A stretch of 64,000 nucleotides of DNA from Nitrosomonadales bacterium (GCA_009886095.1 VFJL01000003.1:5479-69478); one strand, 5' to 3'; positions 28,763 to 38,514 are shown, counted from the first letter of the stretch. Notes: generated by a model from the letters alone, not told the origin. Numbers and translations: made by a program.

Positions 28763-31435
28763 TCAGAGGTTCCGTTGGTAAATCCATCCCCGCCGCACCA
28801 GCCATTTCTCGATTTCAACGGCAATAAGTACGACACTTGCTGCGCCGACACACAAGGCAAGTTCAGCCATATCAAGCGGCTCGGTTTTGAAAATCGGATT
28901 GAGTGCAGGAAGGTAGATCGTCGCCAGTTGCAGCAGAAAAGTGACGATGATAGCCAGCGTCATCGGTCGATTGGAAAACAGCCCGATGGAGAACAGCGAT
29001 TCCTTCTCCGAGCGGATCGCCAGTACGTGGACGAGCTGAGCTAATGTCAGCACGGTGAATACCATGGTCTGCCAGTGCGCCGAGCCGGAGTGATAGGCCC
29101 AGTCTTGGATCAGCAAGGTGAGTGCGGCCATCAGTAACCCCACCCAGATCATGTGCTGCCACATGCCATGCGTGAAAATACTTTCCTGCGGCGGGCGCGG
29201 CGGGCGACGCATAACGCCGCGCTCCGCCGGTTCGGCGGTGAGCGCCAGTGCGGGCAGGCCGTCGGTGACCAGATTGATCCAGAGAATGTGGATCGGCAGC
29301 AACGGGATGGGCAGGCCCAGGAAAGGTGCCAATAAAATGACCAAGATTTCAGCGGAGTTGGTGGTCACCGCATAGCGGATGAATTTACGAATGTTGTCGT
29401 AGAGACGACGACCTTGGCGTATAGCATGGACGATGGTGACAAAATTGTCATCCAGCAGCACCATATGAGCTGCTTCACGCGCCACATCGGTGCCACCTTT
29501 ACCCATCGCCACCCCGATGTTTGCCGCCTTAAGCGCAGGGGCATCGTTCACACCATCGCCGGTCATGGCGACGATTTCACCTTTATCTTGCAGTGCTTTG
29601 ACGATTTTTATTTTCTGTGCCGGATCAACGCGGGCATAAACCCGGATTTGCTCCACTTCTGTTTCGAATCTCGCTTGATCGAGTTGTGCCAATTCGGCGC
29701 CGGTCATCACGCCTCCTTCGCCGTCGATTAATATACCGAGTTCGCGCGCAATAGCGCGTGCAGTGGCGGGGTGATCGCCAGTAATCATTACCGGTGTAAT
29801 GCCAGCCGATTTGCACAGCGCGATTGCTTCTTTCACTTCGCTGCGAGGTGGATCGATCAAGCCGACGAAGCCGAGAAAAATCAGTTCGCTTTCCAGCTCC
29901 ACCAAGTGGTGGCTAGCAGGCAACACCGGCCAACTACGGCAAGCCAGCGCCAGTACGCGTAAGCCGTCAGCAGCCATGATTTCGGCTGTGCGCAGCAATG
30001 CTGTCTGATCGATGAGTTGTTCGCCGCTTGCGCTGAGCGTGCGATGGCACTGCGGCACTACCGCCTCCGGTGAGCCTTTGGTGAAAGCCAGCACCGTTTC
30101 GCCTGTGCGGTGGAAAGTGCTCATGCGCTTGCGTTCGGAGTCAAAAGGCAGCTCCTTGAGCCGCGGCATTTCTTGTTCCAGCACCGCCTTGTCAAACCCT
30201 GCTGCTTGCGCGGCATTTAACAAGGCCGCTTCGGTCGGTTCACCATGCGCTTTGCCGTGCCTATCCAAGTGAGCATCGTTGCTCAGAGCTAATGCACAGA
30301 ACAGGGTGGTCCAAGGCTCAACACGTTGAGATAATTGCAGATCAGTTTTCAGATGACCATCGGCATAGATAGTAGTCACCTGCATTTTGTTCTGGGTGAG
30401 GGTACCGGTTTTATCGGAGCAAATAAAAGTCACCGAACCCAGCGTTTCCACTGCAGGCAGATGGCGAATCAAGGCATGTTGCCTGACCATTTTGCGCGCG
30501 CCAAGCGCAAGCGAAATCGTCACCACCGCCGGTAACGCTTCGGGAATGGCAGCGACCGCCAGACTTACGGCGGTCATGAACATGAGTAACAGCGGTTCGC
30601 CACGGATGATGCCCAGCACGAACACCACTACGCAAATTGCCAGCGCCGCCAGCGCCAGCCGTTTGCCGAAGTGGGTCAAGCGGTTTTGCATCGGTGTTTT
30701 GGTTTCTCCGGCCTCGCTGATCAGTGCAGCGATTTTGCCCAGCTCGCTTTGCATACCGGTTGCTACTACCAAGCCGCGCCCGCGTCCGTGGACGACAGTG
30801 GTGCCTTTGTATGCCATGCAATGCCGGTCACCCAGCGGCGAATCGGCTGCTTCCACGGCAATAGTCTGTTTTTCCAGCGCGACTGATTCGCCAGTCAAAG
30901 CCGATTCATCTATTTTGATCCGCGCTGTTTCGATGATGCGCAGATCGGCCGGTACCAGATTACCCGCTTCCAGCAGCACGATGTCCCCAGGAACCAGCTC
31001 CGCCGTACTGATGGTTTCCACCCGACCGTCGCGCAACACACTGGCAGCGGCCTCAGCCATACGCCTGAGTGCAACCATCGCGCGTTCTGCACGGTATTCC
31101 TGCACGAAGCCAATGACGGCGTTCAATATCACAATAACGACGATGGCGACGGTATCTTCCAAATCGCCGACCACGCCGGAAATAACCGCCGCCGCAATTA
31201 GTATCAGAATCATGAAATCGGTGAATTGATCCAGAAACATGCGCCACGGCGGGCGACCGCGCTTCTCGTGCAACGCGTTCGGACCGAAGCGCACCAGCCG
31301 TTGGGCTGCTTCGGTGGAGCTTAAACCGGTTTGAGTGTTGGCCTCCAGCTGGTGCGCAGCTTCATCTGCTGACAGCGTGTGCCAGGAAGATTGGTTAGTA
31401 TTCATGCTCAAATAGAGTTCAGATATCGAGGACAT
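28763..31435 (-). CDS. cation-transporting P-type ATPase (type II, Ca2+/Mg2+-like)
   Basis: 890-aa ORF with CSDKTGTLT phosphorylation site, [11 protein letters not shown] hinge and about 10 TM segments. The start may be the internal Met at 31405. Confidence 0.92.
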   Translation of the reverse strand: MSSISELYLSMNTNQSSWHTLSADEAAHQLEANTQTGLSSTEAAQRLVRFGPNALHEKRGRPPWRMFLDQFTDFMILILIAAAVISGVVGDLEDTVAIVVIVILNAVIGFVQEYRAERAMVALRRMAEAAASVLRDGRVETISTAELVPGDIVLLEAGNLVPADLRIIETARIKIDESALTGESVALEKQTIAVEAADSPLGDRHCMAYKGTTVVHGRGRGLVVATGMQSELGKIAALISEAGETKTPMQNRLTHFGKRLALAALAICVVVFVLGIIRGEPLLLMFMTAVSLAVAAIPEALPAVVTISLALGARKMVRQHALIRHLPAVETLGSVTFICSDKTGTLTQNKMQVTTIYADGHLKTDLQLSQRVEPWTTLFCALALSNDAHLDRHGKAHGEPTEAALLNAAQAAGFDKAVLEQEMPRLKELPFDSERKRMSTFHRTGETVLAFTKGSPEAVVPQCHRTLSASGEQLIDQTALLRTAEIMAADGLRVLALACRSWPVLPASHHLVELESELIFLGFVGLIDPPRSEVKEAIALCKSAGITPVMITGDHPATARAIARELGILIDGEGGVMTGAELAQLDQARFETEVEQIRVYARVDPAQKIKIVKALQDKGEIVAMTGDGVNDAPALKAANIGVAMGKGGTDVAREAAHMVLLDDNFVTIVHAIRQGRRLYDNIRKFIRYAVTTNSAEILVILLAPFLGLPIPLLPIHILWINLVTDGLPALALTAEPAERGVMRRPPRPPQESIFTHGMWQHMIWVGLLMAALTLLIQDWAYHSGSAHWQTMVFTVLTLAQLVHVLAIRSEKESLFSIGLFSNRPMTLAIIVTFLLQLATIYLPALNPIFKTEPLDMAELALCVGAASVVLIAVEIEKWLVRRGWIYQRNL

Positions 31436-31909
31436 ACAGCAGGAACAGGCCCAGGTTCACCCATATCAGCCTTAACACAGCAGGCCATTAGTGAATGAAA
31501 ACTGGCAATTACCAAGGCGTTCATCGTGGCGGCGGCGAATGGAATGAAGGCATGGCGAAAGTTAAGAAGCCTCTGAATAAGTCCTCCGTGGAACGCCCAG
31601 TTGGTAAATGAACCAGCGAAATTGAGATAGCTCGCGTAGCGTTGCGCCAGCGTATCGATACTATCGTCTGTGTCGCCTACGCTGGTCACGCTCTGAGTAT
31701 TTATGCTCCGGCGCCACACACGCCGTACGCCACAAGTTTCAGCTTAGCTTATGAGACCAAGGCCTGCAACGCAGGAAGTGTCAGATCTTACAGAAGTCGA
31801 TACAGGAAATAACTTTTCGAGCGGCCTGATTTGTAAAACATCAGAGACATCCGGATACTCAAACTTTCCGGGTTTCCATCTAAAAATTTCGGGTTAGTAA
31901 TCACAATAT

Positions 31910-31939
31910 CTTGACCGTTGGGAGCAGCAGGATGTAATG
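31910..31939 (+). promoter_or_regulatory. sigma70-like promoter (conserved block, copy 1)
   Basis: TTGACC (31910-31915), then 16-18 nt, then TGTAATGT (31932-31939). Part of a 37-nt block repeated at 36514-36550. Confidence 0.4.
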
Positions 31940-32008
31940 TTCGCCCTCGGTGGATTGTAGAGTGACTTTTAAAGTCGTATTCTTGGGAAAATGAACTGGA
32001 GCGTAAAA

Positions 32009-32317
32009 ATGAAACAAGTAACTTTACTATTAGCAGCTATTGCAGTGGTAGGTTTGGTTGGCTGCACCAAGACTGATAATTACACGCCGGCGCCAACTGC
32101 CAGCGGGGAAGACATATTCAACCTGAATTGCACCAAATGCCACAAGCCAAATACCGATGGTAGCGTAATACTGGTGAGCGCTGCGATGGCAAATAAAGAC
32201 GCCATCATCAAGAAAGTGCAGACAGGCAGCATGTCCATGGCTGCTTTCCCTAATATCAGTGGTGAGCCAGCGAATCGTTTAGCGGAATACGTATTGGCAA
32301 ACAGCAAGACCAAGTAG
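32009..32317 (+). CDS. small c-type cytochrome lipoprotein
   Basis: CTKCH heme-binding motif and lipobox LVGC. The ATG at 32009 is preceded by GGAG. The ORF opens at 31991. Confidence 0.8.
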   Translation: MKQVTLLLAAIAVVGLVGCTKTDNYTPAPTASGEDIFNLNCTKCHKPNTDGSVILVSAAMANKDAIIKKVQTGSMSMAAFPNISGEPANRLAEYVLANSKTK

Positions 32318-32330
32318 TCTGTTAGTCAGA

Positions 32331-32362
32331 CACCCGCTGCCACCTTGGTGGCAGCGGGTGTT
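32331..32362 (+). terminator. GC-rich stem-loop downstream of the cytochrome c gene
   Basis: cacccgctgccacc / ggtggcagcgggtg form 14-nt complementary arms followed by tt. The T-tract is weak. Confidence 0.5.
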
Positions 32363-32458
32363 CGCATTGCATAGATTTCACCACAAGTGTCGTACTGCCC
32401 ATGCCAGATTCCTGGCAGGAACCAGCATGAATGAGCCCGGCCTGATGCCAGACTGCCG

Positions 32459-32698
32459 CTACGCCTTTGGTTTTCTGCCGGGGGAGATCGGTGGAATATA
32501 TCCCGCTACCCGATAGAGCATACCCTCGCTTTTCTTGCCTTTCTCAAACCGGATCGAGTGGCACATGATCAGCTCGCCGCTAGCAGTCAGGCTTGATACA
32601 TCAAGGCGCACTTTCGCAAGCGGGATGCCTGTGTCATTAGCGATCTCCGAGTCGAGCCGTTCACCGTGTTGTTTCAAGTATTGCAGAATTTCATGCAA
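32459..32698 (-). CDS. small winged-helix-like DNA-binding protein (uncertain)
   Basis: 79-aa ORF. ILQYLKQHGERLDSEIANDTGIPLAKVRLDVSSLTASGELI has a wHTH-like pattern. No family assigned. Confidence 0.5.
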   Translation of the reverse strand: MHEILQYLKQHGERLDSEIANDTGIPLAKVRLDVSSLTASGELIMCHSIRFEKGKKSEGMLYRVAGYIPPISPGRKPKA

Positions 32699-32860
32699 AG
32701 AAAATACTCCTCATAAAGCGCTGTTGAATATAAAAAAGGAAATTCATCGGGCTAAGCCTACGCGCCATGGCACCATTTTACCAGAAGCAGCGGCGAAACT
32801 ACGCCTCCAGTGAATTTGGCGTATCTTGTTCGGCGGTTCGCAGGAAGCGGCCCCTCCGTG

Positions 32861-33226
32861 CTACCTGGCGCCCGCCTTCTTGAGCAGTTGCACCACCTCC
32901 TCGTGGCCATTCTGCGTCGCCGCAATCAATGGTGTGTCGCCATTGCGAGTCTTGATGTTTACATTGGCCTTGGCTGCGAGCAATGCTTGCACTATTGAGT
33001 GGTGACCGTTTTGCGATGCTACCATCAACGCGGTGATGCCACGGCCTGCATCGTCGTTTACATCGACCTTGGCTGCGAGCAGCGCTTTGACCTGGGAAAG
33101 ATCTCCCCGCCCAGCCGCGTTGATGAGAGGATGGTCTCCTCCCGAGTGAGCCCACGTGCTTGCTGGAACACAGCATAAAGCCAGCAGCATAGCCAGAATA
33201 TGCAGGTACTTCTGTAAACCAGTCAC
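32861..33226 (-). CDS. secreted ankyrin-repeat protein
   Basis: Signal peptide followed by three ANK-like repeats (PLINAAGRGDLSQVKALLAAKVDVN; TALMVASQNGHHSIVQALLAAKANVN; TPLIAATQNGHEEVVQLLKKAG). Confidence 0.8.
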   Translation of the reverse strand: MTGLQKYLHILAMLLALCCVPASTWAHSGGDHPLINAAGRGDLSQVKALLAAKVDVNDDAGRGITALMVASQNGHHSIVQALLAAKANVNIKTRNGDTPLIAATQNGHEEVVQLLKKAGAR

Positions 33227-33446
33227 TTCAATTCCCCTTGCATGAATCCATGCCTCTCGTCCACTGGCAAGAAGAAAGGCAAAAGATCAACCATATAACC
33301 CGAAGTATCCTCGGCGTTGGCGTCCCAGTCAAACGTAAGTTTTTGACTCCGTAGTCTATATCGGCCTGTCTTAAAGCGTCGAACCTAGTTAAAGATCCTT
33401 TACAAACCACGCATTCTCTCATAGCCTCCACCAATGAAATTTCAGT

Positions 33447-34637
33447 CTATGCTACAAGAGATTGGAACCGACGTGCCAGGAATGGTTCAATCGAAAACTT
33501 CGGCGTCTGCCCCAGTACACTTGCAGCGACAACTTCGCCTGTAAGCGGTGCTGCCACGATACCGGTGCGAAAACCACCAGTGGCGTGAAAGAAATTCTCA
33601 AGTTCCACAGCGGGTCCGAGGATCGGCAGCTCATCGGGTGTGCCGGGACGTAGTCCTGCCCATGTGCGCTTAACCATTACATTGCGCAGCGCAGGTACAG
33701 CGCGAATCGCACCGGCTGCCAAGTTGCACATATCCTGGTAGCGGACCCCAATATTAAAATCACAGTACTCTGTGGTGCTGCCAATAATGACTTCGCCGTG
33801 TGCTTTCTGCAGGATATAGCAGTCACGTGTGCTTAAGTTCGATCGCAACGTCCCTGGCTGCAACGCTTCAGTACAGACAATTTGTCCGCGCACCGGATGA
33901 ATCGGGATTTCAATGTTGGCAAGCCGGGCGATCTGTGCGCTCCAGGCACCGGCCGCATTGACTACTGCACCGCATGCAATGGTACCCTTATCTGACTCGA
34001 CTGCGACAACACGTCCATTGCTGCATTGGAATGCGCGCACGCGCGCCTCGGCAATGAATCGCGCGCCCTTCGCGCAGGCTCCGCGCTTGAGTGCCTCGGT
34101 CAGAAGCATCGGATTCACCTGATTATCGCCGGGGAAATGTATCGCTCCCCGCAGATCGTAAGTGATCAACGGGTCTCTGTTGTGGATGTGTTGCGGCGTC
34201 CATTTCTCTACGCATCCGTGGTCACTGCCCGCCCATTCGATAATACGATTGGCATGGCGTTCCTGTTCCTCATCGTAGACCAGATACAACAACCCGGTTG
34301 CCGCCTCGGCTTCGATGTCGATTCCGCAAAGTGTTCGCAATTCTGCTGCAAGCGATGGGAACCGCAGATTGCTTTCCCACAGAAAATCCATGAACGTAAG
34401 CGGCAACGGTGCTGGTCCGTCGCCCGCACCCTTTTGTGCGGTATGCAGGATCACACCGCAGCCGAGGCCCAGCGACTCGCCCAGCGACCAGAGTCCGCCA
34501 GCTGAGGCGGAGGTCGCGCGACCGGGAGTCGAGACATCGAGCAACGTGACTGAGGCGCCGTGCCGAGCCAGCGCAAAAGCGACACTCGACCCGATAGCGC
34601 CACCGCCAATGACAACCACGTCCGTAGTGTCTGTCAT
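33447..34637 (-). CDS. FAD-dependent oxidoreductase, DadA/HcnC/opine-oxidase-B type
   Basis: VVVIGGGAIGSSVAFALA dinucleotide fold. The Met at 34637 lies 3 nt after the upstream gene's stop. The ORF runs to 34736. Confidence 0.85.
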   Translation of the reverse strand: MTDTTDVVVIGGGAIGSSVAFALARHGASVTLLDVSTPGRATSASAGGLWSLGESLGLGCGVILHTAQKGAGDGPAPLPLTFMDFLWESNLRFPSLAAELRTLCGIDIEAEAATGLLYLVYDEEQERHANRIIEWAGSDHGCVEKWTPQHIHNRDPLITYDLRGAIHFPGDNQVNPMLLTEALKRGACAKGARFIAEARVRAFQCSNGRVVAVESDKGTIACGAVVNAAGAWSAQIARLANIEIPIHPVRGQIVCTEALQPGTLRSNLSTRDCYILQKAHGEVIIGSTTEYCDFNIGVRYQDMCNLAAGAIRAVPALRNVMVKRTWAGLRPGTPDELPILGPAVELENFFHATGGFRTGIVAAPLTGEVVAASVLGQTPKFSIEPFLARRFQSLVA

Positions 34638-34642
34638 TGTCG

Positions 34643-36037
34643 TTATTTGTCCTGTAGCCCCGAGGCAAGCGCCCCAAGTGTTATCGGCCCCAATGGTGGG
34701 CGTGCGCTCGGTGGGCCGATATCCGCCAGCGGGCATTTTACTTCAGCCGCAACCAAACGTGATAGAAATGGCCAGCAAAAACGTCCCTGACAAGCACCCA
34801 TGCCAGCGCGTGAAGTCATCTTGAGACTACGGTACGTAGTCGACCCGGCACACACCGCCTCGCGTGCTTCGCGCCAAGTCACCTCTTCACAGCGGCAAAC
34901 TATAGTGTCGTCCCGAACAAGCGACATGAGGCCTGGTTGCAGAGCCGATATTTTATCCAGTGCGCTGCGCAGTGGCCGCAGACGTGCAAGCTCATGCTCG
35001 ATTGTATGTCGTGCGGCAGTAAACGTTGCCTCATCAATTGCGCCGAGAAACTGGGTAGCAGCCATTCCTGCAAGCTGTCCTTCGAGCGCTGCAGCAAGGG
35101 AGCCTGCAACACCGGCACCGTCGCCTGCAGCAAAGATACCGGAAACTGTGGTTGCGAGGTTACGGTCACGCACCGGGATCCAGCCACCGATGTCGGGACG
35201 CAATTCAAGATCACATCCGGCCATTTGTGCGAGTTGGACCCTCGGGACAAAACCATAGCCTATGAGCAATGTATCCACTTGCTCAGTCTCGATGTGGTTT
35301 CTTTCGGGAAACCATTCCGCACCGACAGGGGCGTGCTCAACTGCATTGAGTTCAGTCTCACCTGTGGCAGCGACGACGACACGCCCATAGCGAACTGGAA
35401 CATGGGCGCGGGCAAGCTTGGTGAGATAGGCGAGTCCTTCGTCGAGAATTGCCGGAGTGCGAAATCCGTGCAGCGGCAGCGTGAGCCAGGCTGAACGCGG
35501 TGATGCTTCCAGTACCGAGACAACATGAACACCCGCATCGATCAGTTGACACGCGACCGCGAGCAGGAACGGGCCAGTGCCAGCAACCAGCACTCGCTTG
35601 CCGGGAGCAACCCCCATTGTCTTTGTGAGTATCTGTGCTGCGCCCGGCGTCATTACGCCGGGGAGTGTCCAGCCTGGGAACGGCGGCACGAGTTCGTGAG
35701 CACCGGGGGCGAGAATGACCGCCTGCGGCTGGAGCAGTTCGGTGCATTCGTCAGGGGAAGTAATCGCAACGCGCAGCCCATCGAAGATACCCCAAGCGCT
35801 GTCACCGGTCCGCACATTAATATGTTCCCCGAGTCTCGCCACCTCGGCGCGTAGACCCTCTCCGCGCGGATGCGGCGCAGGGGCGCATGCAGGGTTGGTC
35901 GGCTTGCGGTAGATCTGGCCGCCAAGATCAAAACCCTCATCGACGATCGTGCAAGTGAGGCCATGTGTCGCGATGGCAACAGCGGCACTCATTCCAGCGG
36001 GGCCGCCACCAATGATCACAATACCGGGGTAACTCAT
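34643..36037 (-). CDS. FAD/NAD(P)-binding oxidoreductase with BFD-like [2Fe-2S] domain, HcnB/opine-oxidase-A type
   Basis: 464-aa ORF. VIIGGGPAGMSAA and VLVAGTGPFLLAVA folds. CRCEEVTWREAREAV…C..C motif. Confidence 0.85.
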   Translation of the reverse strand: MSYPGIVIIGGGPAGMSAAVAIATHGLTCTIVDEGFDLGGQIYRKPTNPACAPAPHPRGEGLRAEVARLGEHINVRTGDSAWGIFDGLRVAITSPDECTELLQPQAVILAPGAHELVPPFPGWTLPGVMTPGAAQILTKTMGVAPGKRVLVAGTGPFLLAVACQLIDAGVHVVSVLEASPRSAWLTLPLHGFRTPAILDEGLAYLTKLARAHVPVRYGRVVVAATGETELNAVEHAPVGAEWFPERNHIETEQVDTLLIGYGFVPRVQLAQMAGCDLELRPDIGGWIPVRDRNLATTVSGIFAAGDGAGVAGSLAAALEGQLAGMAATQFLGAIDEATFTAARHTIEHELARLRPLRSALDKISALQPGLMSLVRDDTIVCRCEEVTWREAREAVCAGSTTYRSLKMTSRAGMGACQGRFCWPFLSRLVAAEVKCPLADIGPPSARPPLGPITLGALASGLQDK

Positions 36038-36327
36038 GCTTCGAGTGCGACAGTTGCCGCCCCTTGCCCGGAAACAACGCGCATGCCAGGTTGCACCAGT
36101 GTCATGCAGGCACGGATACTTGCGCGCTCATCGATCTGCATCAGGCAATCGCAGCAAACACCGATACCGCAGAAAAGCGAGCGTGGCGCAGCAGTGCGCG
36201 CTGTCATCCGTACACTCCGCCGACCTAGATGGAACATGGCGCCAGCAACGGTAAGCCCCTCTGGGCAGCATACCGTTTGACCATCCAGTGTGAATTCTAT
36301 TTCCATGGTGCGAACATCATTATGCAT
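36034..36327 (-). CDS. small (2Fe-2S)-binding subunit, HcnA type
   Basis: 97-aa ORF with Cys-rich motifs CCPEG and FCGIGVCCDC. 4-nt overlap with the next gene. Confidence 0.8.
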   Translation of the reverse strand: MHNDVRTMEIEFTLDGQTVCCPEGLTVAGAMFHLGRRSVRMTARTAAPRSLFCGIGVCCDCLMQIDERASIRACMTLVQPGMRVVSGQGAATVALEA

Positions 36328-36514
36328 GGCGGAAAGAGAATATGATGTTTAGTCGTATCCATGCATTCCGCAGTCTCATTACGGGTGCGTATTCTACCAG
36401 ACCGCTGACTCGCCCCGGTTGCGTATCAAGCTTTGGCAGGCATTCAGCAAGGCTTTTATTCTGTCAGGCCGGATTTTTTAATCCTTACGCCATTGGTCTA
36501 GCGGTCGCAACACC

Positions 36515-36544
36515 TTGACCATCAGGAGTGGCAAGATGTAATGT
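36515..36544 (+). promoter_or_regulatory. sigma70-like promoter (conserved block, copy 2)
   Basis: TTGACC (36515-36520), then 16-18 nt, then TGTAATGT (36537-36544). Same geometry as copy 1, with a shared 16-mer gatgtaatgttcgccc. Confidence 0.4.
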
Positions 36545-36564
36545 TCGCCCGTCCCGATTAAAAA

Positions 36565-37641
36565 GTGGCTTTGGAACCCCTATCCTTGAATACCGATCCT
36601 GCGACACACGAACTTCTTCACGGCATCCTCAAGCAGGTCTCCCGTTCGTTTTATCTCACGCTCAACGTATTGCCGGCAAACGTGCGCGACCAAATGGGAC
36701 TGTCATATCTGTTTGCGCGTGCGGTTGACACCATCGCCGATACGGATCTGATTGGCCGTGCCCAGCGTCTGGAGTATCTGAACCAGTTTCGAGCACAGTT
36801 CAAGGGCAATGGGATTCAGTGGGATGCCATTCAGGAAATTCAGGCTGCGCTCCTTCCTCATCAGAATAATTCTGCCGAATACGTGTTGCTGCAGCGACTG
36901 GGAGATTGCCTGAAATTGTACGAGCAGTATTCCCCTGATGATCAGGAACGAATCCGCTGGTTGATGGAGGTATTACCCAACGGCATGGAGATGGACCTGA
37001 CCCGATTTCCCGGCGAATCAGCCGAGGATCTCACCGCATTAGCCACGCTGGACGAATTGGATCGGTACACCTACTATGTCGCAGGTTGTGTTGGAGAATT
37101 CTGGACCAGAATGGTGTGTGCGCACCGCCCGGCGATGGCACAGTGGAACATCGCCCGGATGTCGGCCATCGGCGTGCGCTTCGGCAAGGGTTTGCAACTT
37201 ACCAACATCGTCAAGGATATCGCCCGTGATCTCCATCACGGGCGCTGCTATGTGCCAGAATCGCTTCTGCAGGAAGCCGGGCTGAAGCCAGCCGACCTGT
37301 TGAACGAAGACAGCCTGCCAAAATTCAGACCAGTGTTGCATCGGCTCATCGCACTTGCGATGGAACATCTGGATCAGGGGTGGAGCTATACTATGGCGAT
37401 TCCCTCTTCTGAAATCCGCCAACGGCTGGCATGTATGTGGCCAATTCTGCTGGCTGGCGAAACCTTGCAGCGCGTTGCATTTGCCCCTGGGCTGCTTAAT
37501 CCCGCCGTCAATGTGAAGGTTCCACGCAACGTTGTTTACCGCGTGATGGCAATGACAATTCTCACTGGTGCCAGTGGGCAGGTGGGTACTGCCTACTGGA
37601 ATCGCCTCAGAGATTCCCTAAAATTTGTAACCCCGGTGTAG
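36565..37641 (+). CDS. squalene/phytoene synthase family protein, probably squalene synthase
   Basis: 358-aa ORF with a GTG start. SRSFYLT…, [13 protein letters not shown] (first Asp-rich region) and [22 protein letters not shown] (second region). The length fits SQS rather than HpnC/HpnD. The exact start is uncertain. Confidence 0.8.
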   Translation: MALEPLSLNTDPATHELLHGILKQVSRSFYLTLNVLPANVRDQMGLSYLFARAVDTIADTDLIGRAQRLEYLNQFRAQFKGNGIQWDAIQEIQAALLPHQNNSAEYVLLQRLGDCLKLYEQYSPDDQERIRWLMEVLPNGMEMDLTRFPGESAEDLTALATLDELDRYTYYVAGCVGEFWTRMVCAHRPAMAQWNIARMSAIGVRFGKGLQLTNIVKDIARDLHHGRCYVPESLLQEAGLKPADLLNEDSLPKFRPVLHRLIALAMEHLDQGWSYTMAIPSSEIRQRLACMWPILLAGETLQRVAFAPGLLNPAVNVKVPRNVVYRVMAMTILTGASGQVGTAYWNRLRDSLKFVTPV

Positions 37642-38352
37642 CGCAACTACGCCAGCGGCCAGATTAAAATATTCCACCCGTTCGAAACCGGCTTGCTGCA
37701 TCAGTTGTTTTAATTCTTCCTGGGACGGATGCACGCGGATGGATTCGGCCAGGTAACGGTAGCTGTTCTCATCCTTGGCAATGAGCTTGCCCATTGCCGG
37801 CAGCACCTTGAATGAGTAGGTGTCATAGACAGGTTGCAGCGGTTTCCACACCTTGGAGAATTCCAGCACAATGACGCAGCCACCAGGGCGAAGTACACGC
37901 AGCATTTCCTTCAGCGCCGCATCCTTGTGGGTCATGTTCCTAAGACCGAAAGCTACGCTCACGCAATCGAAATAATCAGCGGGGAAAGGCAGTTTTTCCG
38001 CATCGCACTGCGCCACTGATGCGGCTCTGCTCTGGTCCAGCAGTCGGTCACGACCTATTGTAAGCATGGAGTTATTGATGTCGGTAAGCCAGACCTCGCC
38101 ACTCTCGCCGACGTGTTCAACGAACAGCGCGCTCAAATCAGCGGTGCCGCCAGCAATGTCGAGCACCCGGCCACCCGCTCTGATCCCGCTGGCTTCCACC
38201 GCAAATCGTTTCCACCAGCGGTGCATACCCACCGACATGAGGTCGTTCATCAGATTGTAGCGCGCTGCTACCGAATCGAACACGACCGCCACCTTGCGGG
38301 CTTTTTCTGTTTCAGGAACGGTATTGAAGCCGAAATGAGTAGTTTTGGTCAT
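37618..38352 (-). CDS. ubiE: demethylmenaquinone/ubiquinone C-methyltransferase
   Basis: 244-aa ORF. THFGF..V…KV..VF..VA..YDLMND-type N-terminus and [14 protein letters not shown] motif. Confidence 0.93.
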   Translation of the reverse strand: MTKTTHFGFNTVPETEKARKVAVVFDSVAARYNLMNDLMSVGMHRWWKRFAVEASGIRAGGRVLDIAGGTADLSALFVEHVGESGEVWLTDINNSMLTIGRDRLLDQSRAASVAQCDAEKLPFPADYFDCVSVAFGLRNMTHKDAALKEMLRVLRPGGCVIVLEFSKVWKPLQPVYDTYSFKVLPAMGKLIAKDENSYRYLAESIRVHPSQEELKQLMQQAGFERVEYFNLAAGVVALHRGYKF

Positions 38353-38377
38353 AAGTGTTCAGTTTGCCACGTAGGGC

Positions 38378-38514
38378 ACCTCTAAAAATCCAGATTCCGT
38401 CACAATATTTTATTACTCACAAAAAACGTTCCCTTACATATCACTCATATGCCGCGCCTACATTTTTTGTTCTCGCCTTATTTTGTTCATAACTTTGAAT
38501 TCTTAGAGCTGCCC
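38378..38514. repeat. dispersed repeat family B, copy 1
   Basis: acctctaaaaatccagattccgtcacaata … ttacatatca … ttagagctgccc. Alignable over about 137 nt with 61672-61808. Confidence 0.75.

Noticed and set aside
30387-31229. Long antisense ORFs in the six-frame track. Examples: 30387-31229 (+, 280 aa), 27660-28247 (+, 195 aa), 5052-5624 (+, 190 aa), 56711-57514 (-, 267 aa), 52121-52630 (-, 169 aa), 57674-58213 (-, 179 aa), 47597-48151 (-, 184 aa), 59638-60126 (-, 162 aa).
   Set aside because: Each lies entirely within, and antisense or out of frame to, an ORF with clear family motifs (P-type ATPase, Tim44-like, murD/mraY, res, mod, fbpC). Their translations are low-complexity (Ser/Ala/Arg/Pro-rich) with no recognisable motifs, which is typical of shadow ORFs in moderately GC-rich DNA.
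31408-31719. 103-aa minus-strand ORF ending 2 nt before an internal Met (31405) of the P-type ATPase and overlapping the longer ATPase start at 31435.
   Set aside because: It has no recognisable motif, a GTG start and no clear Shine-Dalgarno sequence. The tight spacing to the alternative ATPase start is suggestive, but I cannot support it as a gene without conservation data.
33228-33434. 68-aa minus-strand ORF between the hcnC-like gene and the ankyrin gene.
   Set aside because: No recognisable motif or RBS. The composition looks non-coding, so it is probably spacer.
36530-36550. Sigma-54 (-24/-12) reading of tggcaagatgtaatgttcgc in the conserved promoter block.
   Set aside because: The spacing and the -12 element do not fit TGGCAC-N5-TTGC, and the paired copy at 31925 lacks the GG. 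A sigma70-type TTGACC/TGTAAT reading fits both copies.
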